Shown here: positions 14,101 to 26,641 of the stretch, one piece after another | Numbering within the stretch: position 1 is the stretch's first letter | How the letters are laid out: the number at the start of each line of letters is the position of its first letter | Source of the DNA: Octopus vulgaris | Taxonomy: Eukaryota | Direction: 5' to 3' | NCBI GenBank assembly: GCA_951406725.2 | Contig: OX597832.1 | Span: 8,308,001-8,372,000, forward strand | DNA: 64,000 nucleotides | The notes under the pieces: generated by a model | Seen by the model: only the letters and a program-made list of their open reading frames with translations | Database searches by the model: none | What the model was told of the DNA's origin: nothing | Position numbers and translations under genes: made by a program

Positions 14101-15416
14101 TCTCTCTCTCCCGATATACATCTTTATCTACATCTATATTTATCTACACACACACACACACACACGCACTTACATACACACATAAACGCACTACCACACA
14201 TCCTTTCTCAGTCTGACGTTCTTGTTTCTCTTTTCGTTTTTACACTTCACTGTACATTTTGGTGCTTCTAGGTGTAAATCTGTCTCATTATCTACAATCG
14301 AAATCAATCGATCAGTTAATGACTTAATTGTCAGTCAAGAAATCAATCATCTTGACATTAGTTATCACTATGAATATTATATCAAGACCCTTCTACCCAC
14401 TATGCCGTAAAATTAAGACAGAATGCAGACGTCTTGAAAGGCCTTTGATCTTAGATTTGCTCAATTAGAGTTGACCTTCGTCCGAACATCAGCAACAACT
14501 ACAGCAAATATAATGAATAACCGTGTATTGTTTCTGTATCTGTATGGAAATACATTATTTTTCAGTAAATATTCAAAGAGAATGAAAAATATGTAGAAAG
14601 TATCGACACATTTAAAAATATATTATTTATATTATGGCTTTAAAACGGCGAACTGGTTGAATTGTTAGCGCATTGAATTGTCTCGGTGGTATTTCTTGCC
14701 TATCTTTACGCGTTTTAAGTTAAAATTCTGCTGACATCGACTTCGCTTTTCATCTCACTGGGTTCGATATAATAAATACCACTTGAGCACTAGCATCGAC
14801 GTAATCGACTAACACCTTCCCCATAAATATCATTCGTTTCGCCTCTAGTGGAGAGAACAGATTTTTCTTTAGTTTATAACAAATATCAACGAAAATTCGA
14901 ATTCAAATAGATATAAACTCACAAGTGTTCCTCGTATGTGATAGAGTGAGTTGAAGAACTAGTCAAAATTATTGAGAACTAGTTTAAATTATTGAGACAA
15001 TAAAAATTTCTCACTGGTGGTGCTTAAAATCTGAGAAATGAATGATATATTGGAACAAACACTACAAAAATTAACGCAAACTAAAAAAGTTTTTCACTTT
15101 AACAAAAATTATGTTTACATGGACGCCATATTTGGTGTAGTTTTTTAGTGCCAAGTGCAAATTTATCCGATAGGGATTTGATCAAACACCATGACTAGTA
15201 CATGTATTTAAAAAATAGACTTGTATCTTTACTTTGGCTAATTACCGATTAATACTAATGTGGCCCAACCATCGCCGTCTACTTTCCAATATTTCTTCGA
15301 TAATTCCGATATAGGTCGGTTACTTCAATGTCAAAACAGATATTCAATGTTTTTCGTAATGCTGTATTTTCAAAAACGACTACTTGAGCTATATGCCTTT
15401 ATTCTATTAACCAGTG

Positions 15417-15797
15417 CGGAGGCGCAATTGCCTAGTGGTCAGGACAGCGGATCGTGGACATAGGATCGCGGTTTCGATTCCCAGACCGGGTGTTGTGAGT
15501 GTTTATTGAGCGAAAACACCTAAAGCTCCACGAGGCTCCGGTAGGGGGTGGTGGTGAACCCTGCTGTATTCTTTCACCACAACTTTCTCTCACTCTTTCT
15601 TTCTGTTTCTGTTGTACCTGTATTGTATTTCAAACGGCCGGCTTTGTCACACTCTGTGTCACGTTGAATTTCTCCGAGTACTACTTTAAGGCCTGTGTCT
15701 GTGAAGTTCTCAGCCACTTGCACGTTAATTTTACGAGCAAGCTGTTCCATTGATCGGATCAACTAGAACCTTCGTCATCGTGACCGACGGAGTGCCA
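15417..15797 (+). mobile_element. tRNA-derived SINE: head shared with 6114, 3' half shared with 20445 and 53444
   Basis: B box GGTTTCGATTCCC. The 3' module gtcacactctgtgtcacg...tcgtgaccgacggagtgcc recurs in the window. Confidence 0.8.
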
Positions 15798-17972
15798 CGA
15801 ATTAACTTATCAAAACGCCTACTACTAACACATATGATTTGATTTTCGCACGAATAACAGTTTAAGTGGCTACAATATATTTGAAAGCATTCCTATTGCA
15901 GTTTTAATTCTTCCATTAAATTCAGACTCTAATGACCCATGATATTTAGGAAAATTCCAGTTGATAACTATAAGTAAATCACATACTTGTGATTTACTGA
16001 TTATAAGTAATACGATTAAATAATACGGCTTCTATCTTAATTGAAGCGTGAAATAATTTCATTCACGATCACAAGCACAAGTAATTTCTATAAGATTTCA
16101 AAGGTGTCGAACTGATGTAGGATACATTTACACGCTCTGACGTCCAGAGTCGTACATAATCCGCTCAAAGAGCACATCCGAGGCCAAAAAGTCCTTTCAG
16201 TATAAGGAACGGCTAAGATCTGAGAGAATAACTGTACTCTATCTAGGAAAATAACATACAAGAAACTTACCATCTTCACCACTAGCGCGGGAAAGGCATG
16301 TAATTACGATAAACAGACTTTGTCCATTACGCCAAAAATCGTAGAAACCAATGTTGCTTAAACTGGACACTATGGTTGCGTCGTCCAAACGACAGTACAC
16401 GTTGGAAGAACAGAACATTTTCACAGCAAATATGCAAAAAAAAAAAATAATAAATAAAGATGATAAATCACGAATGTATTCAACCTCATAAACTTGCTGT
16501 ATTGTTAACCCTGTAAAACCTATCGTTATTGAGTATATACATTATTTATGTAGCCATGTGTGACTGCCATTCCCCAACTCGAAGAAATGGATTTTTCATC
16601 ATCTTCTGGTGACAGTAATAAATTCTGCGCCATTGATTCATACGAGTATCAAGGAATTTGAACTGTTCAATCTGAATTAACTAAAGAATACTATATCATA
16701 AACTACTCACAAACAGTCAATTTGCAAAGATATTTCGACTTGCATGCATGCTATGAGCTTTTAGCCACTAGTTTTAACCACATCAAATATTACTTAACTT
16801 GACACAAGTCTATGTTTCGCTTTTCCATTTACTTCAGAATGCCGATATGTTATAAAATTCCTAGATAGTAGCGTGAAGCTATACTTTGAATGAAAGTATG
16901 AATATATGTTGAATCAACTACTGCTACTGAACATAAAGATAAACTTATACACATACAATATATGCATACATACACGCATGTACATAGGTACATACATACA
17001 CGCATGTACATACGTACATACATACGCACGCGTGCTTACACGCACATACCCTCAAATACACTCACACATTTATGTAATATTATATAGTATACTCCAACAG
17101 AGACTCGATGAGTGCATATTAAATTACTTTGCGATTTACGCAAAGAAAATCATCGTCTGTCTGCATCTATACTCCACCACACAGACAAAAACACACAAGT
17201 AAATCTATGTTTGCATAAACGTATTCCCTTTTTCATCTACATAAACTATATAAATAAGCATGTGTGTATGTGCGGAAGCATGCATATGTGTATATTTGAA
17301 AGTTAGATGAAAAAAAAAACATATAAAATAATATGATTTCATTCTATGTACCATTTTGTTTGAAATCCGATTTAAATAATGCACAGGACAACAGTAAATC
17401 CTCTGTAATTTAAGTCAGTTATACTTCGGAATTATTGCTTTGTTCACTAATATCAATCGAATTACTCTTGTAATTGGTAAAGATATTTCCAATGATGCAA
17501 TTTTCCAAAATTACGTAATCAATTTAGATTCAAAATCTAAACGCAATGCTATCATATCAAGAAAATCTATATCCACAGTATAAAATATATACATTTTAAA
17601 AAATAAAAACTAATGATATAAGTTGTTTATAAGAACAAATATAAACTAAGTAACTTTGTAATATACGCGCTCTCAAGTTATATATCAAATTTGTTGACTT
17701 TGTTTACGTTATATAACTTTTCGATCTGTTCCAATTTTATATATTCTCATACCGGCTGATTTCACATGCTACATTATATGTACATAGACAGTTGCTTGCA
17801 TACATATATTCCACATTTAATGTATGCACATCGTATGTATGTGTATGTGTGTATGTATGCATGTATGTATATATGCATGCACGTATGTATGTATGTGTGT
17901 ATGTATAGATGTATGTATAGATGTATGTATGTATGTAGGTAGGTAAATAGGTATGTAGGTAGGTAGATAGGT

Positions 17973-18203
17973 AAGGCGGCGAGCTGGCAGAAACGTTAGC
18001 GTGTCGGGCGAAATGCTTAGCGGTATTTCGTCTGCGTTACGTTGTGAGTTCAAATTCCGCCGAGGTCGACTTTGCCTTTCATCCTTTCGGGGTCGATAAA
18101 TTAAGTACCAGTTACGCACTGGGGTCGATGTAATCGACTTAATACCTATGTCTGTCCTCGTTTGTCCCCTCTGCGTTTAGCCCCTTGTAGGTAATAAAGA
18201 AAT
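17973..18203 (+). mobile_element. tRNA-derived SINE with a central GCCTTTCATCCTTTCGGGGTCGATAAA domain and a Tx1-like 3' tail
   Basis: B box GAGTTCAAATTCC. Degenerate copies near 14645-14830, 28060-28200 and 55120-55306 (-). The tail matches 60645-60668 (-). Confidence 0.8.
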
Positions 18204-18459
18204 AGGTAGGTATGCAGGTATGCAGGTATGTGATGTATTAACCTGCACGTGGTTCTGTTTGCAAGCCTTCTAACATTTTCGTTAAGGGTAAGTTCCTTGT
18301 GGTTGTTCATTCTTTCATCTACCTTGGAACTTCTGCACAAATGTAGTTATGTATGTGTGCATTCATACAAACATACATGACCCACCACACACGCACACAC
18401 ACACACACACGCACACATATATATGTGTGTGTATCTATGTATATATATACATGCATGGT

Positions 18460-18960
18460 CGTTGTCTACTCCTTATGCAAAGTGTGACCACTTCTTGCAC
18501 TTACACCTAAGATCCCTCTTGGCAACTAATATAGCTTTTTGAATCAGACAATGTATTGAAAAGACACCCACATAGATTGCATATCTGTTCAGGAGCATCA
18601 AGAGCGGCAGTTAAGTTCTGATCTTTGTGGATCTTAAAATATCTTTTGAGCCCTGCGTTAGATTCGCAGACCTCATGGCATACTCAATATTGAAAGATGT
18701 GCACAGATATACGGGCGTAGTGCTTGGTTGAAGTTCATCTTTTCATAGGTCCGTAAATTTGTTTTGAGCACAGCAAAAGAAAGGCACAAAATGTGCACAA
18801 AAAAAGTTGCTGAGATCCAGTTTCTCGTTGATCGCAACATTCTTCGTTAAATCTCTCCTGTCTTGCATATATTATCCTGGCCTCCTCAGAAGCTTTCACT
18901 CCATTACACACTTTTGATCACCATCCATATCGATCAGGAGGAAGGGTTTCAATGGCTTTG
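18460..18960 (-). mobile_element. Decayed RTE-type LINE 3' region with C2H2 zinc-finger remnants
   Basis: Manual minus-strand translation gives [36 protein letters not shown] and GVKASEEARI, with multiple stops. Confidence 0.55.
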
Positions 18961-18987
18961 AGTTCATTCTACGTGACTGCATGGTAG

Positions 18988-20268
18988 TCAATACGCATAT
19001 GTGCTGCTGTGTCTTTGTTCACTTCTGGAGTACTTTTTGGAGTAACTGTTGGCCAGGAGTACCGGTTGGCCGGAATTGTGTGTTGGCGTGTTTTGAACTG
19101 TCTTCCTTCTTTCTTTTTCTATTCTTTGTCTTTCTGCTTTTCATTGTCTTTCTTTGAACTGCCATTTGACTTTGTTTAGACTTATGTTGTTTATTTCTGA
19201 ACTTTTCTTCAAAGCATGGCGAAGAAATTGAACCCTGCATTGGAGTGGAAAATCATCCTACCCAAGCAATGGTTGAAAAACTTGGAGGAAAGAACGGTGG
19301 TGTTGAGGACTTATTCTAAGTCACTCGACACCATCGCGGTCTTTACTAAGACAAAGATAGAAAAAGTGTTGGCAGAACATCTGCCAACGGTGTGGTTGCT
19401 GTTTGACACCCCTGAGGTGGCTCGCAAATTTGAGAGCCAGCCCTTAGATGGGCAAGAGATTCTGTTTCTTCTCACATATTGTGGGAAGAAATTAACAAGA
19501 GCTTGGGTCTGTGGGCTGCCACCGGGCATTGAACCGGAATGGTTTGGGGATACTATCCGCCGCTGTCTGGGTGGCAGCGGGCCCAAGGTTTTAAATGTGA
19601 TATTGTTGCCGGGGGCTGATTGGGTGGGGTCAAAAGCGGTTTTGACCCTATGGACACAATCAGCCGCTAAAGATCTGGAATTTCCAGATTTTTTTAAAAT
19701 AGACGGTTGCAGGTACCCAGTGATACTTGAGGGACGCATCCCTAAGTGTCACCTGCGCCTGGAATCGGGCCATATTAAGAAGAACTATCCTCAGGACCAA
19801 AGTAGGGTCCTGGAGCAGTTAATAAATGTAGCGACCCCCTCCTCGTTTGGAGGGAAAGAAGAAGGCAGTCGAGGAGGTGGAGACTTCCTCGAAAAAAGGG
19901 TAAAAAGAAGGTGGGCAGTAATGTTCAGGGTGAGGGACCCCTTTCCAAATGACCAATATAGGTTTAGTTTTAGGAGCCCCGGCTTGGGACTGCAGGATTG
20001 CCTGCGGGAGGGTAGGAAAGGTAACAGACTCAGTGCCTCAATTTCTAAGGACGATTGCGTTCATTCTTTGAATTGAGGTAAGAGGTTCAATACCACATTT
20101 TGTTTTGTTGGGCAAAAAGGGAACAATGTATTCGAAAAGCAACAATCGGCGGGTGTTGTCTGCTTCTCACACCAACCATTTTTTCCCATTCCATTATCAT
20201 TGTGTCTTTGTCCAACCCGCAGCTTCTTCATTTTTGTAAGGCTGCATAGTCAATTTTATGAAATAAAG
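18988..20268 (+). mobile_element. ORF1-only (HAL1-like) non-autonomous Tx1/L1-type element inserted in a SINE head
   Basis: About 1.3 kb with a single ORF1-like frame and no RT. It ends TTTGTAA-hairpin-AATTTTATGAAATAAAG like the LINE at 60607. Flanked by a SINE-head-like remnant (18971-18987) and the SINE remainder (20269 onward). Confidence 0.7.
19216..20076 (+). CDS. Retrotransposon ORF1-like protein with a degenerate CCHC zinc knuckle
   Basis: RRM-like segments (LTRAWVCGLPPGIEPEW; FPDFFKIDGCRYPVILEGRIPK) followed by CHLRLESGHIKKNYP, a decayed CxxCxxxGHxxxxC. Confidence 0.65.
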   Translation: MAKKLNPALEWKIILPKQWLKNLEERTVVLRTYSKSLDTIAVFTKTKIEKVLAEHLPTVWLLFDTPEVARKFESQPLDGQEILFLLTYCGKKLTRAWVCGLPPGIEPEWFGDTIRRCLGGSGPKVLNVILLPGADWVGSKAVLTLWTQSAAKDLEFPDFFKIDGCRYPVILEGRIPKCHLRLESGHIKKNYPQDQSRVLEQLINVATPSSFGGKEEGSRGGGDFLEKRVKRRWAVMFRVRDPFPNDQYRFSFRSPGLGLQDCLREGRKGNRLSASISKDDCVHSLN

Positions 20269-20406
20269 AAGCTTTCTTCCTAAACACATGGTTCCGGATT
20301 GAGTCCCATTGCGTGGCACCTTGGGCAAATGTCTTCTACTATATCGTCGGCCGACCAAAGCCTTGTGAATGCATTTAGTTGACGGAAAGTGAAAGAAGCA
20401 AGCCCG

Positions 20407-20408
<2 letters not shown>
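20269..20408 (+). mobile_element. OK-like tRNA-derived SINE lacking its first ~25 nt
   Basis: aagctttcttcc...catggttccggattgagtcccattgcgtggcaccttgggcaa matches the intact heads at 36253 and 60017. Confidence 0.8.
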
Positions 20409-20444
<36 letters not shown>

Positions 20445-20445
<1 letters not shown>

Positions 20446-20726
20446 AATTCCGTCGGTTACGACGACGAGGGTCCCAGCTGATACGTGCAAGTGACTGAGG
20501 AATCCACAGACACGCGTACCCCTAATGTAGTTCTCAGGAAAATTCAGCGTGACACAGAGTGTGACGAGGCCGGCCCTTTTGAAATACAGATACTACTCAT
20601 TTTTGCCAGCTGAGTGGACTGGAACAAAGTGAAATAAAGTGTCTTGCTCAAGGACACAACGCGTCGCCGGGAATTGAACTCACGACCTTACAATCGTGAG
20701 CCGAATGCCCTAACCACTAAGTCACG
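20445..20726 (-). mobile_element. tRNA-derived SINE
   Basis: Minus strand has A box TGACTTAGTGGTTAG and B box GAGTTCAATTCCC. Homologous to 53444-53730. Confidence 0.8.
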
Positions 20727-20734
20727 TATAAATA

Positions 20735-20905
20735 CAAATAAAGATGCAAATACATCACAAAAACTGTTACTCGGAGTTTCAGATTTCCGTTCGGTGGACA
20801 TACTGTCCATTGCTCGCGAACCTGAAACTGTGTAACAGTCTTTGTGATGTCTTTGCATTTTTATTAATAAAGTATACTGCTCTGGAACTCCGATATTCGA
20901 GTATA
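20735..20905. mobile_element. Fold-back pair of PLE 3' tails (family of 7143-7330)
   Basis: atgcaaatacatcacaaaaactgttac...ggaca tac tgtcc...gtaacagtctttgtgatgtctttgcat inverted repeat abutting (TA)n. Confidence 0.65.
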
Positions 20906-21170
<265 letters not shown>

Positions 21171-21172
21171 AG

Positions 21173-21223
21173 TTTGTCAGTGAACAGGTCGCGGTCTCAA
21201 AGCGACGAAAATATTTTGACAAA
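21173..21223 (+). ncRNA. Minimal type I hammerhead ribozyme, G3-C8 core variant, in a ~135-bp PLE-like tail embedded in (TA)n
   Basis: tttgtca GTGAACA g gtcgc ggtctcaaa gcgac GAAA atat TT tgacaaa: perfect 7-bp stem I, 5-bp stem II, palindromic stem III AATATT. Confidence 0.75.
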
Positions 21224-21304
21224 TTAAATTTAAATGTTGAAGTGAATCTAACGGTTTTTGTGTTTCTTAAATGGCTTACAAACACCGTCCACGCTACAAT
21301 TGTT

Positions 21305-21372
<68 letters not shown>

Positions 21373-21387
21373 TAGATAGATAATGAG

Positions 21388-21436
<49 letters not shown>

Positions 21437-22721
21437 TAAGTAGTAAGATGTATACGAAGAGAAATAAATGAATAGATGGAGACGATATAAACATAGATGT
21501 TTGTGTACGTGAGTGTGCGTCCTTACAGATACGTACCTATGTACTTACATACGCATGCACATATATTTTGTTTTGTTACTATTTGGTTTATATTTTCGAA
21601 ACCTTCATACATGCTCGTTTCATCCTTTTATTTTTTGTGGAATTCTAAATAGAAATATATTTATGATAATTCCTATTTTCATATCTAATTGTGTTGAAAA
21701 TATATGTTATCGCTATAGGTTGATACGGTTTCTTACTATAAATATATGATCTAGCGACAAGAGAGTGTTATAATTGACTCTTCAATGTAGCAGCGTGATA
21801 CAAGAAGTTTACATCCTTCATATTTGCATTAGAATTTATGTATTACGCTTTCAGTGTCAAGAACGTTTTGTGTTGGTTCACACTATCGTATAAATAAGGA
21901 TTTTGACTCTGCTTTCAATGTAACATATTATAACATTTAGTTTCTTTGAATTGTTATAATACATTTTTCTGCTTTCTTTTAAAATCGTTCCTTTTATGTG
22001 TTTCCTAACACAGAATGGATAAATGCATTAATATATGGCGATATATAATAGGTGTACCATGAGTTTGATGTATTTTCGGTGCTCTTGGTTCAAGTAGTTT
22101 ACAATACTACTTAGAGGGTTATCTTTGATAGGCGCTGCACCTTTGTGAATACAATTGATTATATCTGTATGAGTTTTTCTGCATATTTAATGGTAACTTA
22201 TGTTTGTTTTACACATAGGATTTCTTATTTAGCTCTTGTTCGTCTTATGAATATTTAAAAGCTAGTCGAAGTAGGGATTTTGTCTATGGATATGTTATAT
22301 CTATAGGAACACCCACTCTATATATGAAACATAAAGCATATCAGCAATTTCGTGAATAGAAACGTGCTGCATGTGTTATTTCTTATTTCTATATTGATGT
22401 ATCTAAGAACACATTGATATTATTGGCTGAATTTATATTAAAGATAAGGCGGGTTGTGAGTGCATAACGTTATTTATGTAGAGTCACCATCTTAGTGGAA
22501 AGAGTGACCTAAGTATTTATTTTTAAATCTGGTACATATTCTATCACTCACTTTTATTCGAATATACATATATGTACGTTAGTTTTCCTCGTAGTTTACT
22601 ATTATCAAACTCATGCAAAAGTAAACTGATTGCAAACGGGATTCTTAACCACACGTCTTTGCTTTATGGTGTTCTTTCTCCAGTCCTCTTTTACGACTAA
22701 AAGACTGTTTAAATCTCTCTT

Positions 22722-22763
<42 letters not shown>

Positions 22764-22774
22764 ACTCTCTCTCT

Positions 22775-23450
22775 TTCTTGTTTTTCCTCCATTTATATCT
22801 GTCTCCCGCAACATCACCCAGGCCCTTCAGGCTCTGCACGTTCAGTCCCTTCTTTTTCCAGCCGAACATCTTCATTCTCTGCCTTCCCCTCGCTCTCCCT
22901 CCCACCAGCTCAGTCTCCACCATATAACACTCCATTCCGTCAACCTCTCTGAGAAAATGACCAACAAATCTCCACTGTCTTTCTCAGATAGTATCTATCA
23001 ACTGTCTCTTCACTCTCATCTTCTTCAACACTTCCACATTCATCACCCTCTGTACCCACCAGGTTCTAAGCATTTTTCTATAAAACCAGAGTCTTGCAGC
23101 TTTGAGTCTCTTCTCTATGATTATCTTTATCGTCCAAAACTCACATCCATACGTTAGCACCGTTCAGACGTAGCACTTTAATAGTCTTTTCTATTAAACT
23201 CTATCGCTCTAATTAAAAGTGTCAACATATCTTCTATATATATTTTGATTGTGTTTGAGAATAATTTTATTTATTCCAGAGTCCGCCCTGTATTTTGCTC
23301 CATGTGGTGGGCACTTACCTACAGAGAACTTCAGTAAGTATATATTGCCTTATAAGGGCCTCCTAAGAGGCAGACATATATGCTTGTCATTAAGATCATT
23401 CTACTTGTGCTTCTTGAGACAGAGGCTGAAATTAGTGTATGTGTAAATAT
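22775..23450 (-). mobile_element. Decayed RTE-clade LINE 3' fragment
   Basis: MECYMVETELVGGRARGRQR...DRYKWR resembles the RTE C-terminal G-x-R-x-RGR motif. Confidence 0.65.
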
Positions 23451-23914
23451 ATATTCTAGGATTTTGCTGATAGTTACCATCACAGAGGAGTTGTAAAAAG
23501 GTACGCAACAGGCACAGACACAGCTGTTCAGTAAGAAGTTTGCTTTCCATAATATGGTTCGATTTTAATTCCACTGTCTTCTATCATAGCCACAGGTCGA
23601 TCGATGCCACATGAGTGGAATAGCAAACAAAAATTAAAGTAAATCGCTGTATATATATATATGTGTGTTTGTCCTTCCATACCACGTACGAGCAGCTGTT
23701 GGTTTGTTTATGTCCCCGTAGACAGGATTCCACACAGTTTCCATCTATAAAATTCATCAATGAATTACTCGACTCGGGCTATAATAGAACGCACTTGCCA
23801 AATATGCCGTGCAGTAGGATCAAACCACATAACAACTGGTTCCAAAGTAAGTATATATGTATGCATATACATAGTTAATTCCCCACCACCACCACCAAAA
23901 AAAAAACGAAGAGT

Positions 23915-24390
23915 AAACACAAGAAAAAAAACCAACGTGAGGACGTGGTACATGCAAAGTATTAGCAGACACTCAGGGAAGGAGAGAAAGGCAGTTTTAC
24001 GTTTCGAGCAAAGCTCATCGTGAGAAACAGAACACGTAGGAAAGTCTAAGAGAAAAGGAAGGCGGAGAAAACAAAGAAAAACACCAACGATCTACATGTG
24101 CATACATTTTGAAATGACCCGAAGGGAAAGAGTGAAGTAAAAGTTCTTTCTAAGACAGTGGAGTGTAAGAGAATGAGGTATCTGTGTGTATGTGTGGGTA
24201 TGTGTGTGCGCACAAGTCTGTGTGTATGTGCTCGAGTGAGTGTGTGCGCGTGCGTGTCTGTGTGTGTGTGTGTGTACGTACGTTTGTGTATGTTTGTTTG
24301 CGCGTGCACGTGTGTGTGTGTGCGTGTATGTACCTGCGTGTGTGTATGTGCCTGTGTGCTTGTGTGTACGTGTGTGTGTGTGCGCATGTA
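23915..24390 (-). mobile_element. 3' tail of the CA-rich Neptune family (as 31996-36182) with a decayed hammerhead at 23994-24028
   Basis: Minus strand: cryptic (CA)n, then gttt CTCACGA t gagc ttt gctc GAAA c GTA aaac. Downstream sequence is similar to 36090-36180. Confidence 0.65.
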
Positions 24391-24431
24391 TGTGTGTGTT
24401 GTATCTATCTATATATATATATATATATAGG

Positions 24432-24670
24432 TGAGAAAGTTGGTTTATGAAAGCACGTGGTTGAATATATAGAAAATAGTAAAAAGTGAAAAACTACAGA
24501 AGGCTTGTTTTAAAAGGCTAAAAAATATATATTTGAGTCAATATGTCATTTCTTCTAAACTATGTCATTGTATGAAAAAAAATTATAACATTCTTCAGAC
24601 ATATTGACTCAAATATATATTTTTTAACCTTTTAAAACAAGCCTTCTGTAGTTTTTTCACTTTTTACTAT

Positions 24671-24671
<1 letters not shown>
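24432..24671. mobile_element. Fold-back mini-insertion made of two inverted copies of the PLE tail at 5600-5770
   Basis: 24432-24547 is the reverse complement of about 5654-5770. 24545-24671 matches 5600-5727 forward. Confidence 0.9.
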
Positions 24672-24750
<79 letters not shown>

Positions 24751-25437
24751 TTAAAATTAAAGTTCAAAGTGAAGAGCTTCGTGACACATTCCTATCCATG
24801 GTGGGAAACACATACCTATCCTTATCTGCAGTGGATAGGTTTTCGGTGAGGTCAGTACCACCTAATCAATTGCTGATATTTTCTTCACCGACTGGAAGCA
24901 TCATTCCAAACGATATTATTGAATTATCGAATGGGATGGGCATTTAAAAAATAAGCTGTGTACTCTAGATAGGGTAACAATATGCTATTCTTGTCGTTTA
25001 ATGCCATTTCAATATCAATGGTTCCAAAGAATCATCTCAGATCTTATAACTGACTCAGTGCTATAGAAAACAAAACTATCGAAATCAATTTTCTCTCCAT
25101 TAAAGACGCATATGTTTAGGATCTTGTTGAAGATATATTTTCTACTGGGACTCACGTCTCGTAGTTATTCCCCAATATTAGTGGATTCCTTCACTCTTTA
25201 CAACATATATGAATTAGTGGCCCCTTGTTTGTTAATACTTAATATACGAATGATTGAAGGCCAGCATGGATATTGACAAAGCACGAAGAATTTTCAATGT
25301 CCTAAACTATTGAACCCTTATTTGCTGCATATATTTTCTTTATTTTTGGAAATTTTATAAATACTAGCAAGTTTAAGGGCTGATATATATATATGCATAC
25401 ATTCATACAACTATGTATTATATTTATGTATACGTGC

Positions 25438-25522
<85 letters not shown>

Positions 25523-25579
25523 CAAATATATGTGTGTGTATATATATATGCACACATATATATGTAAGTATATATATAT

Positions 25580-25922
25580 ATGTCTCCAGCAGATCATCCA
25601 ACTGAAGTGGTTCGACAGAGTGCCAAACACTGACCTGTGGGAAAAGGACAACCATGAGCCCATACATGTTCAGATTAGACAAAGGAAATGGAGATGGATC
25701 GGACACACACTGCGGAAAGAACCCGACAAGCACTTGATTGGAACCCGCAGGGGAAAAGGAAGCGAGGATACCCGAAGCAGACGTGGAAGCGGAGCATTTT
25801 GGACGAGTTCAGGAACATCGGACTGACATGGGAAGCAGCCAAGAAACACGCCAATGACTACAAAAAGTGGAAAACAATTGTTAAGGCCTCATGCTCCACA
25901 ATGGGGAAAAAGGATAAAGAAG
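25580..25922 (+). mobile_element. RTE-clade LINE 3' fragment
   Basis: CLQQIIQLKWFDRVPNTDLW...IRQRKWRWIGHTLRK, then by frameshift ALDWNPQGKRKRGYPKQTWKR. Confidence 0.9.
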
Positions 25923-25957
25923 AATATATATATATATACATACGCACTCACACACAT

Positions 25958-26034
<77 letters not shown>

Positions 26035-26567
26035 AATATATATATATATGTATTGTATTAATGTACATCACGATGCCTATATATCTGTGCACACCTTTGA
26101 ATGCCATGTATGGCATAAGGTCTGCACATCTGACGGAGATCTCAAAATACCCTTTAAGAGTCAGAAAGATCAGAACTTAACTGCAGCTTTTGGTAGTTCA
26201 AATCAGATATAAAATCTATGTGGGTGTCTTTTCAATACTTTGGTTTAAAAAGCCACATCAGATGGCATGACGGGTCAAAGGTGTAGGTACAAGAGGTGGT
26301 CAGAAGTAGCATAAGGCGTAGACAACAACCATGTATATACGTATGTATGTATGTATGTATGTATGTATGTATGTATGTATGTATGTATGTATGTATGTAT
26401 GTATGTATGTATGTATGTATGAATGTATGTATGTATGTATGTTTATGTATATATATATATATACAAATACAGGTATGCGTAAATACATGAATGCAAATAA
26501 ACATATATATATATATACATATATATATACACAAATACAAGTATGCGTAAATACATGCATGCAAATA

Positions 26568-26641
<74 letters not shown>

